64,000 nucleotides of DNA from Amoebophrya sp. A120 (Eukaryota; Protista; Dinoflagellata). Shown here piece by piece: positions 39,832 through 51,000 of the stretch. Each line of letters begins with the position of its first letter. The first letter of the stretch is position 1. The stretch spans positions 3,983,706-4,047,705 of the forward strand of contig CAJINV010000001.1 in NCBI GenBank assembly GCA_905178155.1, in the 5' to 3' direction. Made by a program: the position numbers and the translations under genes. Under the pieces are notes generated by a model. It was not told the origin of the DNA. It worked only from the letters and a program-made list of their open reading frames with translations, and searched no databases.

Positions 39832-42472
39832 ATGGGTAAATTTTCGGACCGTGGCTTCGTGGTCATTACTGGCGCGGCCGGTAATTTCGGTGCGGCGATG
39901 GCGAAGAAAGTGGTGGAAGAGGGGGGCTCTGTGCTTCTCATCGACACGCCGGCATTGACGAAGCCACTGGAGGCGCTGCGCGACTACCTTGCCGACCGTG
40001 CCGCGAAAATCTTCGCCGCACAAAAAAACGCGATAAAGCGCACGGTGAGCGGGACCGTGCTGAATCAACAACTTCTCTTACAACAAGGAACTTCTAGCAG
40101 AAACGGTTCCAGCAGCGATTTGCAGAAGATCCAACAAGGAAATATTAACGGGGACGCGTCGGCGTCGAACAAACCAGTGAAGCTGGAGGATGAGAACAGT
40201 ACTAGCAAAAAGTCCTCCAATGGACCGAGCAGTCCGCTTCCCCCCGGAGCCAACTCCGTGGACAACAGCGCCACAACGACCACCAGCAGTGGCGCACCCG
40301 TCGCAGCCACACCTAATGGCCCGCCGAGCATCAATGTCTACCCTCCGGCAACTGCGTTCAGTCCCGGGTCTCGCTTGTTACCGAGTCCGATGAGCCTGCC
40401 GCATCTCCAACAGCCACGCGTTTATGAAATGCAAATATGTCTGGGTCTGGAAGAATGGAACTTGTAATGCTGTCTGCGGATTCTAAAAATAGCTGTGTTG
40501 CATGAGCAGCAAGAGGAGTCAGCTCTTGGCACGCGGAGAGGGCATTTCTCATGCGTAATTAGCATCAAGCAGCTCTCAAAAAATCTGTGATGCTAGCACC
40601 AGCATCACAGACCTCACGGGTCATGCAAAACGTGCATGACAATCCCCGACTCTTCCAGACCCAGACATTTTTGCATTTGATAGCGTTCTCATGTTCACGA
40701 TGGACGTGCGCATCGACAGCGAGATCGCAAAAATGGAGAACTTATCCTGTGCAAAAGTATCGCACTCGTAGTAATCGCAGCTGTGCATTACAAATCTCCA
40801 TCCCAAGGCAAAACAGCATGACAAATTCCACTTATCATTCTGAGCCAATTTGTAATGCGATTACTATATATTATATTCATGCGAAAAAAGAGGTAGACAG
40901 AGGGTAAACAAGAGGTGGCCGAGAGGTCAAAAAGAGGTCAAAAGAGGTAAAAAAGAGGTCGACAGAGGTGGAGAGGTGGCGCGGGACCCCTTTCGAGAGG
41001 GTCGGCGAGAGGGTGCGCGAGTATAGCCCGCCGAAGGCCCCACCTTAAGGCGGCGCCTAAGTGCCTCAGAGGGTGCAGAGATGTCAAAAAGAGGGGGCGC
41101 GAGAGGTCGACAGAGGTCGAGAGAGGTGGCGCGAATAAGGGGCGACCTCTCGCGGACCCTCTTGGCCACCTCTCGGCCACCTCTGTCGACCTCTACTCGC
41201 GAGTATAGCCGGATTATTAGCGGGGACCCCCAAAAGAGGCAAAAAAGAGGGTCTGCGAGAGGTCTGCGAGAGGGTAAAGACACAAAGTGGTGGGCGCGAA
41301 TCCGCATGGTACTACCATTATTTGGCACTGCAGGCTATTCGCGGACTTGTTTTGTTCGGCGCCTGTCCCCGCCACCCTCTCGCGCACCCTCTCGCGCACC
41401 CTCTCGCGCCACCCTCTCGCGCACCCTCTCGCGCCACCCTCTCACAAACCTTCTCGCGCACCCTCTCGCGCCACCCTCCCGCGCTACCCTCTCGCGCCAC
41501 CCTCTCGCGCTACCCTCTGCCGCCGAGCGGCTTCTGTTCGCCCCCGGCGTTCTTTGCCGCTGCTCGCTGCGCAGAGCGCCCGCAGGCGCGGGAAGCGCGC
41601 AAGTGGTCCTGCGGGTTGGCGCGGCGCAAACCGGCGGCACGAATGCAGTGTGTTTCGTTGTGCATAGGCCCGTGGGGTTGTGGTCCGGTCGGCAAATAGT
41701 CTTGCCCCGGCCCAACAGCCTTGCGCTCCGGCGGCAGCCGGAGCATGGCTGGTTACTACTAGTGCGATACTTTTCTTTGAAATGCATAGAACTTTCTGGA
41801 GCAGGAGAAGCTGATCGTCTACGGGCTCTTCAACAACGCGGGGATCCAGGGCGAAATTCAACCCATCTACGACACCACGGTGCAGGACTTTGAGAACGTC
41901 ATCCAGGTGAACGTTGTCGGTGCCTTCAAGGTTTTGCGGTCCGTAACGAAGTACATGAAAGACCGAGGGCAAAAGGGCGCTGTGGTGTCAACCTCAAGCA
42001 CGGCGTGGAACGGCGTGCCAAACATGATCGGGTATGGACGGTTAGTAATTGAGTTGTTGAAAAGACACACAGACATAGATAAACTCGATCGAGAAGTGAG
42101 ATGTCAGAAACGAATCACGAATACCACCCAAATACAACAAAAATCAGATACTCGATGTCCAAGGCCGCGGTAGTGGGCATGACGGGCAGCGCCGGCAAGG
42201 ACCTGGCACCCTTCGGGATTCGCGTGAACTGCATCTCCCCGGGCCACGTGGGCGGCACCATGTGGGACCGCAAGCTGAACCTCCAGGCCAAACTGAACAC
42301 GCAGTACTGGCCGCACGGGGACCCAAAGGCCATCGGCGAGGCCATGCTGAAAAAGGTTCCCCAGCGCCGAGCCGCGGACGTGACAGAAATCATCAACGTG
42401 GTTAGCTTTCTCCTCTCCGAAGAAGCATCCTTCATGACCGGGGAGAACGTGCGTGTCGCGGGCGGGGAGTAA
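39832..42472 (+). CDS. Short-chain dehydrogenase/reductase; two TIR introns plus GT-AG intron 42032-42147
   Basis: ITGAAGNFG, FTMDV, FNNAG, G|YSMSK, GIRVNCISPG, SFMTGENVRVAGG. Confidence 0.9.
40423..40682. mobile_element. Introner/MITE family B (opposite orientation to the 15163 copy), non-canonical intron of SDR
   Basis: TIR tatgaaatgcaaatatgtctgggtctggaag / cttccagacccagacatttttgcatttgata; DR gcgtt; removal gives QPRV-LMFTMDV. Confidence 0.92.
40743..41788. mobile_element. Introner/MITE family A with nested ~887-bp insert (40867-41753), non-canonical intron of SDR
   Basis: tatcctgtgcaaaagtatcgcactcgtagtaa ... ctagtgcgatacttttctttgaaatgcata; DR gaact; removal gives MEN-FLEQEKLIVYGLFNNAG. 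Confidence 0.9.
41374..41520. repeat. Tandem ~12-13-bp repeat (accctctcgcgc/c), with inverse agagg-rich tract at 40885-41130
   Basis: Directly visible iterated units. Confidence 0.8.
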
Positions 42473-42484
42473 GAAGCTCTACTG

Positions 42485-43154
42485 TACTGACGCGAATTTT
42501 GTCTGTAGACGAAAATTTTCAAATTTTTGCTTCCCTGCCGATGTTGGATGGATGCAGGGGCGCTGATGATGATCTGTTCGCAGAATTTCTTGGGGACATA
42601 TTTTGGACGTTTTCTGAAGGCAAAAAACGTCGCGCCACAAGGCGGCCGGAGAGGGAGGCCCTTTTTCGGCGGCCTACGCCGAGCTATTTCGGCCGATTTT
42701 ATCGGCCAGTCTGAAAATTTGTCTGCAGCTCTCCGGGAGGGGTCGGAAACGAGGTCGTTTCCGGAGCTCCCGAGAGAGCCAAAAATGGCCAATTCGCGAG
42801 GCTTTTTTTCGGGGCCCGGCCGGAGCTATTTCGGCCGATTTTATCGGCCAGTCTGAAAATTTGTCTGCAGCTCAGGAGGAGCACTCCCAAAAGCTACCTT
42901 TTTTGGCCTCCTTCTCAAGGCCTTCAAAAACTGCCAAAAAGGCGACACCTGCCCAGCAGCTCCAAGCGCCTCCATTTGGCGCGGCTGCTACTGCCAGTCT
43001 GCCAGCCTGTTATGCCCGCCCTTGCGAATTCCTGTGGAGCCTTCCCAAAAAACCGAAACAGGTCTCACCCTTCGCGGCAGCAAGATCGCCGGGAGGGTGC
43101 TGCGGAGTGAAAAAATTTGAAAAATTTCGTGTACAGACAAAATTCCCGGTAGTA
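42485..43154. mobile_element. 670-bp TIR element (TAC...GTA ends) just after the SDR stop codon
   Basis: TIR tactgacgcgaattttgtctgtagacgaaaattttcaaattttt / aaaaatttgaaaaatttcgtgtacagacaaaattcccggtagta; DR tactg (42480-42484, 43155-43159); internal ~50-bp direct repeat at 42681 and 42823. Confidence 0.85.
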
Positions 43155-45588
43155 TACTGTTGATCTTACTTAATAAAGATTGTACGCTCATCGCTGAACA
43201 GGATGGCGGAGGTGGCGGGCGAGGACTTCGTCACAAAATGTAATTGCGATGGAGGACGAGATGAAATATTTTTAAGACAGGTGTTGTAACATGTTCTTGT
43301 AGAAAGATTTTCTACTCACTTCGATTTTTTATTTTAGCAAAGCGCTTCCAAATCCGCTTGGTCCGCCAATACTGGCATTGCCGCAGCTCCATTTTTCCCT
43401 TACATCCACTGCACCGCTAAGCTTACCTTTTATAACCTTATCGTCGTGTGTGTCATAACCATAAGTCAACGAAGATTGTAGTGTCACAAGGTGCTCCACC
43501 ACCGCTATGCCCCCGTTTATTTGCCACCCAGGTTTACACAAATTTGCAACTTGTTTCAGTAAAACTTAACTGCGAGTTTTACTGGATTGATTTGAAGATT
43601 TTTTTTACCGATATGGGGTCAATAATACAGGGTCGATCTTAGCACAGAAATTCTCAAATGTGCAGCAATATTTAGAAGCTGAGAAGGACAAGGAGGACAA
43701 TACTGAAGCGCTTTTGGAAGGACGATTCTCATTGTGAGTGTGCTGAAGCTGATGATGGTCAATACATCGTAAAAGCATCAATTTCATCAAATACAGCTGC
43801 TGCATTGTCCTCCCCCTCGCGAGGTCAATAAAAAAAGCAAAAGGCCAAGCTACTCCCCCCACCTAAACGTAAACGTGTATGCGCAGCTTCTTCCCGCTGC
43901 ACAGCTTGCATACGCATACTCCAGCACATAAAATTGATCGCGAACCGATTCTATCCACTTTCTGGAAGAGTGAGATAGAGATGTCGTGACCAGCAGTAGT
44001 AACGGTGCCAAACTATGACCATCTACTAACGCTAACGATTTTGCCTCAGATATTTATTCATCAAACCTTAAACTTTTTTGATTGGGGCAAAACAACAAGC
44101 ACTGCTTCAGCTTCTCACCAGCCGACTCGGGGTCAGCACGCTGATGGCGGGAGTTATGCTGTCAATATAGTTTCCCTCCCCCTGACGGCGATGTCAACCT
44201 TGAATAAGTTGAAAGCGAGTAGAACGGAGGACAGCTTTGAGGTCGCTGAGAAGGAGTTTGTTCTGAATTGTCGAAGAATTTTTATATCGCAGTGATTATC
44301 TACCTATACGGTTTAGGGGCATCAAGAATTTTTACCTGTTAGTTTGTGATGTTTACGAGACCATGAGCATGACAACAGGGCGTGCAGCAGGAAGAGCCAC
44401 AACTTCGTAGAATGGTATCAATTCATGATTTTCGAATCTGCGTCAAGTGAGACGGTGAGGCTGTCGTGAACGTTGATCATTAGGAACTACACCAGGCACG
44501 ACTCGCGCTGCAACATTTCAGACTGCATGACTGTACATCAGATTTGTCACATGAATCGAGGCAAAACACGCTAGACCGCTGCTGTTGGAAATAAACGTAA
44601 ATCAAGAAATGTGTTGCCAGAATGTACCTGTACCTATGTAAACTTCATCATCTTCGTCGACCTACGACATTTGCCCTCCACCGGAGGTGAGACGTTCCTT
44701 ACACTTGATGGAGGATCTGACCGCGAGAAGTTTCTCCTGTTCGAGCGGAAACATCACTGAAGCAGCTGCGTCCTCCTAGTCAGTGGCGCACCACGACTTC
44801 GTGAACCGCATCGTCAAGAGCAGTACGGACGCGGTGTACAACTGATAGAAGTGTTGATGATCAGAGACCAAATAACTCATCTTCACACCGTTCGTACAGC
44901 TCGTTCTGCTAATATGTACTTGCCAGTATTTCTACTTCAGGTAGTTCGGATGGAAAATACGATCGATCAACATTCCACGCGGTCCGTTGTGGTTGATGTA
45001 CTAGAGGTTTATTCGCTCCATCACTATAACTCTTCCTTGTCGTGAGATCACGAGTGAGAAGAAGTTGAAGAGAATTTGATCGTGAAGCTTGTATCAAGGG
45101 TGAGGGAGGGAGCACGTAATATGCAATCACCATCGGATTCGGATACGACGAAAAGTATTCGTCCTGCCGTTCTTGTTCTTTCCGTAATTCTTCTGGGTGT
45201 GAAGATTTTCATCTCATCTAGAGGGTATAGGGTTCGGAATCGCATTTGCTGCCTGTTTGGTAATTATTATGTCTACGGGTCGTGTAGTACGCGTTCGTGT
45301 TGTTTATTAGCTTTCTACGGATTGACGCTAGGACGGAGGTGTTCCATGGCGTCCACGTAATACATCGAAAATTGCAGACAGACTTGTTTTTTCGTGCAGG
45401 GTGTTGCTGTGGCTCTACGTCTAGTTGAACAAATAACAAACAAGCGGCCATCTTCGGGTGTCTCGTTTCGTGGTTCGGTCGCATTTTGGGTTGGACTTTT
45501 TTTTAGATCTTTCAGAACTGCAACAGCTGCTAGAGAATACACCATCTATTTCTTTGTTTTCCCACCCCCACCTGTGAACGAACCAATC

Positions 45589-46930
45589 ATGTCTGCCACC
45601 GGGTCAACAAATGTGGAGAGGGGTGAGGGCACGGTGGAGCCCGTGGTGCCCAACTACCCCATGAGCAGCCAACCAGGACAGCACGCTGAGTGGGCGGGAA
45701 GCGTGCCGAGCAAGTGGATGGATCGAGCGTCTAACAACTTGCGATCAAGACACATTGTGCATACCGCTGCACGAAACGGAGATGGAGATTCGCTCGCGAG
45801 GATGGGTACAAAAGAACTCGAAATTTCTGTATTGTTGATTGCTTCCTTTGCTTTGTTCGTCACTCATGGGCTCGTGCTTGTTGATTCTTCTTGTATGTTA
45901 CTACTGCACGCGCCCGCTATCTTTTCCTGCACAGGAAGACGAGTTTGTTATATCAACCGTGTTCTTCATTCTGAATCCCGAAAGAAATGATCTGAAAACG
46001 AGGTTTTGGTTGCTACTACGAGGACAAGCGCGGTCTGGAACGAACACACGGCCTGAAATACATTCCCGAGCCGCAGTTTCCGGAGGGGGAGTGGAAACCG
46101 CTGGTGAAGAAGGTCGAGGAGGTGTCCGGGTGGGACCGCCCGGACCGCCCCGAGGGGACGAAGCGGCCGCCCAAGATGGAGGGCCAGCGACCCACGATGC
46201 GGCGGGAGAAGCGCCACGTGCGGCAGGTGGAGTCCCACCAGGAGATCTTCGACATCCCGGAGGGCAAGCACATCGCCATGATCGACCACCTGCATCCGGA
46301 CGGAAGCAAGTCCCAGCTGCGGCAGGCTGACAAAGTCGCGTTTGAAGCGACGTTGGAAAACAGCATGACCCGGAAGCGGGTGCAACCGCGAACGCTGACC
46401 GAGCAAAGGAATGGCATCCCGTGTGCGAGTTTGGGTGACAAGTACTACATATCCTGTGCAAAAGTATCGTGCTCGTAGTAATTGCAATGATGCGTGACAA
46501 ATCTCCTTCTTAATTGAAATCAGCATTACAAATTCCATTTTTCATGCTGGGGGAATTTGTCATGCGATTTCTACTAGAAGTGCGATACTTTCTTTGCAGT
46601 TCATACTACAAGTTCCCGGAGTACAGTGACAAGTTCTTCCACGGATTGTCAGCATCCACAACTGCGGAGCTGATCTGCGGCAGCGGGTTCGTGCGGGGGT
46701 CCTACCAGAAGACCATCCCGCGCATGACGACGAACTGGGAAGCGTTTGCGGCCGAGTGCTACCCGGAGTCCTGCAGGAGAAAACCCTTCGCGCAGTTGGA
46801 AAAGGAGCGGGAGCAGAAGGAGGCCGAGGACTCCGTGGAAGTGCTGCACAAAACGTGGGAGAAGAAAGAGCTGAAATTTGGCGATCCAAAGTATGTGGAA
46901 CCCAGCGACAGCGAGGATGAGTCACCGTGA
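45589..46930 (+). CDS. SPATS1/SASRP1-like protein, one TIR intron
   Basis: RNGIPCASLGDKYY-KFPEYSDKFF resembles the SASRP1 RNGIP..PGD..Y..PE.S..F motif; C-terminal coiled coil. Confidence 0.55.
46450..46605. mobile_element. Introner/MITE family A, uninterrupted 156-bp copy
   Basis: tatcctgtgcaaaagtatcg ... tgcgatactttctttgcagttcata; DR ctaca (46445-46449, 46606-46610); removal gives DKYY-KFPEY. Confidence 0.9.
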
Positions 46931-48052
46931 GGGCGGTGAGCAGGTGATGTGTCGAGCTGCTGGGGCTTTTTTTTCCTGAACGACGGTTCGCAGTGAAATG
47001 ATGTTGATGATGAACCTCAACATCTATTAGAACAAACAAGAGCAATGTATCATGCGCGTCCTCGTCGTCGATGCACTGACGTGTTTTCGTTGTGATGGCT
47101 GCCCGACTTCTGTACGAACTTGTCAAAGGAAATTCCTTTCGAGAAAATGAATCGGCCCCGAATGCGCGACAATATGAATGCTCCTTCGCCTCTGCGAAAT
47201 GAAAAGCCGGCTTTCGCTTTTTGCTGTGTCCTGTACAACTGGCTGTTTCTCTTTTCTCGTTTCTATTGAGGAAACATGGATTCTACTACTTTCGTGGTAA
47301 ACAGCTATCCACCGCGTGTCAGTCTTCGTGTACATCCTTCGGTTCGTCGCGCCACGTGATCTGTCTGTGCTTGCCAACGTCAAAAAGTAAAAATTAAAAT
47401 CAAAATTTCCAATTCCATGCATCTTCGGTTCGTCCAACGTATCATGAAGGTCGTAAAGATATTTATCTTCTCGTGCGTTTCGTTGACGTTCAACATCTTG
47501 CGATCGTTTACCAGCACGACCCGTCGGTGGATTTATCGTATAATTGTTGAGCAGGACTACAAAAACCAACATTTCTATTCGTCCACATCAAAAGCAACGA
47601 GGTAGAGGCACAACGCGCGTCGTGTCTCGTGCAAGACGGTGCTTTGATTCTTCACTGTCACGACCGCCAACGGAAACCGTTGAATACTAGAACGAGCTAC
47701 TGTTAGAAACCATAAGACATAGATTGACGCTCTCCCTCTCGCTTTGCAACCTTCACTTCTTCGAAAAATGACAGTTAGAATACCCTACTTTTGGTGAAAC
47801 TAGAAATTTACTAATCTACCTCCCCAGTTTATTCGCACATATAGTGTGTATCTGTATTTTTCATTTGCGTTTGCTCCCGGCATTTCTTCATCAGGAGCAG
47901 TGCATTTATCGTTGCGGAGCCCAAAGTACAACTTCACATCCGACTTTCCCCACTCATTTTGAACAACTTGAATTTCTAGGACGAGGACGGACTCGCGCTA
48001 CGGCAGTTCCCGTGTTTTTTCCCGTTCTGGCCCCTTGCATGATCGCAACAAA

Positions 48053-51000
48053 ATGAGTTCGTCCTCCGAAGAGCAGCAAGAAGAGCAGGAGTTCAACAGC
48101 ACGGGAAACTACTCGGAGCAGGATTTCGCCTCGACGGGAGGGAATTCGGAGCACGATTTTGAGTCTGTGCACGGCGGGAACAATAGCAACCACGGGGACA
48201 ACAATTATCCCTACAACAGCGACTCTGCTGGAAATTACGACAGTCTCGGCGAGGATGGGGCTGAAGAGCATAATCTGTCTTCGGAAAACGAGCTAGAAGT
48301 TGCGGAGAACGCGCTTTTGTCCGCTTCCCGGTTTTCACAGGTCACGTCCAACCACGATAATTATCTTGAGCAGGAACTCCCCGCCGTCGCGCAAGTGGAC
48401 ACCAGGTACGTCAACGATCCGTTTTCGGCGTTCGGCGATGGGGAACACAATTCCGGCCAGTCGGAAGATCATTCCTCAGAGGACCAATTTGAAGACGAAG
48501 CCTTCCAGTCCCCGATAGCGGCAGCCGCTCCACGAACGATTCTACCAGAGGGGGAGGGGCTGGTGATGAGCACCACTTTAGTACCAGAGCGTGGGGTCGA
48601 CGACCTCCAACAGCATCAGAGCTCCAGTTCGAGCGATATTCCGGATGGTATTGTCTACGGGTCTGGGCTGATGCAGGGTAAAGCGGTCGATGAGGAGGAC
48701 GATGACGAGGACCATGAGGTTGACACGCAATTGACAAGGACCGTCCTTGCGGCCAGCGGCGGGGCTTTGCCTCCGGGCGGCGCCGTTCTGGTCGAGGGCC
48801 AAGCGGGGTTTGAAGACGACGGTGTTGAGGGCAGCCAAGGGGAGTTGGCGGAAAACCTCAGCCTGGTGTCGTCTTCTTTGGAAAAAATCAACGGTTTGAA
48901 AACGAAGAGCAACACTTCTTCAAAAACAGCCTGGGACCGCGAGCAGGAGAGACAGAGGAGACAGGACATGATCACGGAAAGCAGGGCAAAAGCTGTCGTG
49001 CAAGTGGTCGCACCGACCGCCACCAGAATGGTCTACCACCAGCAACAAACGACCTCGAGTAGAAGCAGGCCCGGCATCAGTACAACTTCCAGCAAGACCG
49101 AGAGTGTGGAAGACGTGAAGGAAAAGCTCGCATCGTTGCAGGAGCGTAGGAACGAGCGCACAGCCAAGATGAACAACTACCTCCAGCGTCACGACATTGT
49201 GTCGCCGACACGGGTGGGAGGAGCAACAGCAACAGCAACTTCTACATCGAATCGGCCTAATATCGCACCAATCACAGCTACGACCCTCGATCTAAACGCG
49301 GCCCGGCGGCAGCAGGCGGAGAAGCGATCGAGCCCGCGACAGCACAAGACCAAGCACGTACTCGCCGCGACGTACCGCAAAGAGATTTTAAGCGCTGCGT
49401 CGAACGCCGCAACGACCAGTGTGTACGACACCTGCTCCGCACCGAGTACGGCTCGGAACAATTTGATGAAGCAGCAGCTGTTGGCCGATCCCGACCGTCT
49501 GTTTGACGAGGAAGAGGAAGATGAGGAGGACGACGTCCCGGCTTACACCCTGCCGATGAAGCTGATCGCCAGAACGAACTACGAGGAGTCAGAAGAAGAG
49601 GAAGTGGTCGATGACTTGGACAACGGCTTGCTCTTAGACTTCGACTTAGACGTCGCTCAGCTACAGGCACAGCAACAGATGATGCAGCAGGCGGGCGGGA
49701 ATGGTCCTCAGATGAGCACCCGACCAGGTGGCAACTTGGGTGGAAACAAGAGTCTGCGCATGAAGGGCGGCGGCCTATTCTCCTCGGCATCAACGTCCGG
49801 TCCGCAGAATTCCTCCCCTCCCGGCCCTGCTTTGCGGGGCATTATGGCTGGTAGTGGACTACAGCCTGCACCTGCTGTCGGGTCTTCTTCATCTCAGTAC
49901 CGCGGGCGCAGTGGGGCTGGAAGTAGTAGTGCAGAGAGGAGGAGAAAAAACAGCCCGGGCCGCAGTGCGGAAGACCACAGTACGGGGGTGCTGACCACAA
50001 AATTCGGCAGTAACCGTATTCCAAACATCGCCCCACGAGCGGCAGAGCCGTGCCTCGAGGTGGTGAACTTGGGCACACCGCCGCCAACCGCTGTTTCTTG
50101 CTTTTACGGGGGCGACGAGCGGAGCAGTGCACCCGCGAGCGCCCGCACCTCGGGCAGTGCGAGGGGATCTGCCAGCACTAGTAACAACAATCCGGCACAG
50201 AGACCGCCATCGCTGGGGGGAAGCAACTACCAAATCATGTTGACGCGTGCGAGCGATGCGAACCACGAGCAGGTGGACATCACGCCGCGAAAGAAGGACC
50301 CGACCAAGCACCCGGAGTTCAAGAAGCTGCAAACGAGCATCAGTGCGAAGATAAAAATGCCGGATGTTCTTGGCTACAACGTGCAGTCCATTCTCGCCGG
50401 GCGAGACGCGAGCGAGTTCTTCTCGCCTCTCCCCGCCGCGAGCGCGACAGCCGCGCGAAATAATGCCACAGGCGGGCCGCTGTCGTCCAGTGGGACGAAC
50501 AAGGACTACAAGGTACTGGAATACCAGAAGATCCAGCCGACAAAACAGCCCCAGGCCCCGACGTTCTTCAAGGCGCCAGATTTGGCACAGCACTTCCATG
50601 CGATCGAAGCTGCGAAGAAGAAGGAAATTGAGGACCAACTTCGGAAACAGCGCGAGGAGGAGCGGCGCCGACTTGCCGAAGAGGAGGAGCGACGACGGTC
50701 TATTGCTGCGATTCCCTTAAAGCCGATGCTCGGGCGCCCGGTAGGCATCGGCGCCAATCTGCAGAACGTGGTCCGGCTGAACCAGCAAAAGTGGGAGCAG
50801 ACAGAGGTCAAATTTGGCGAAAGATCCGCGTCTGCGGCGAGGCGGAAGCAAGCAGAGGCACACGCGAAGCTTCACCAGAAGATGGTATTATACATAGGAG
50901 TTAGGTTTCTGTAAATTAGAATTTCCCGCCTTTCTACACTTTGATATGATCCAACACGGCTATCGCATTTTGTTTTCGACGTTGTGATTTTTTTCACCAA

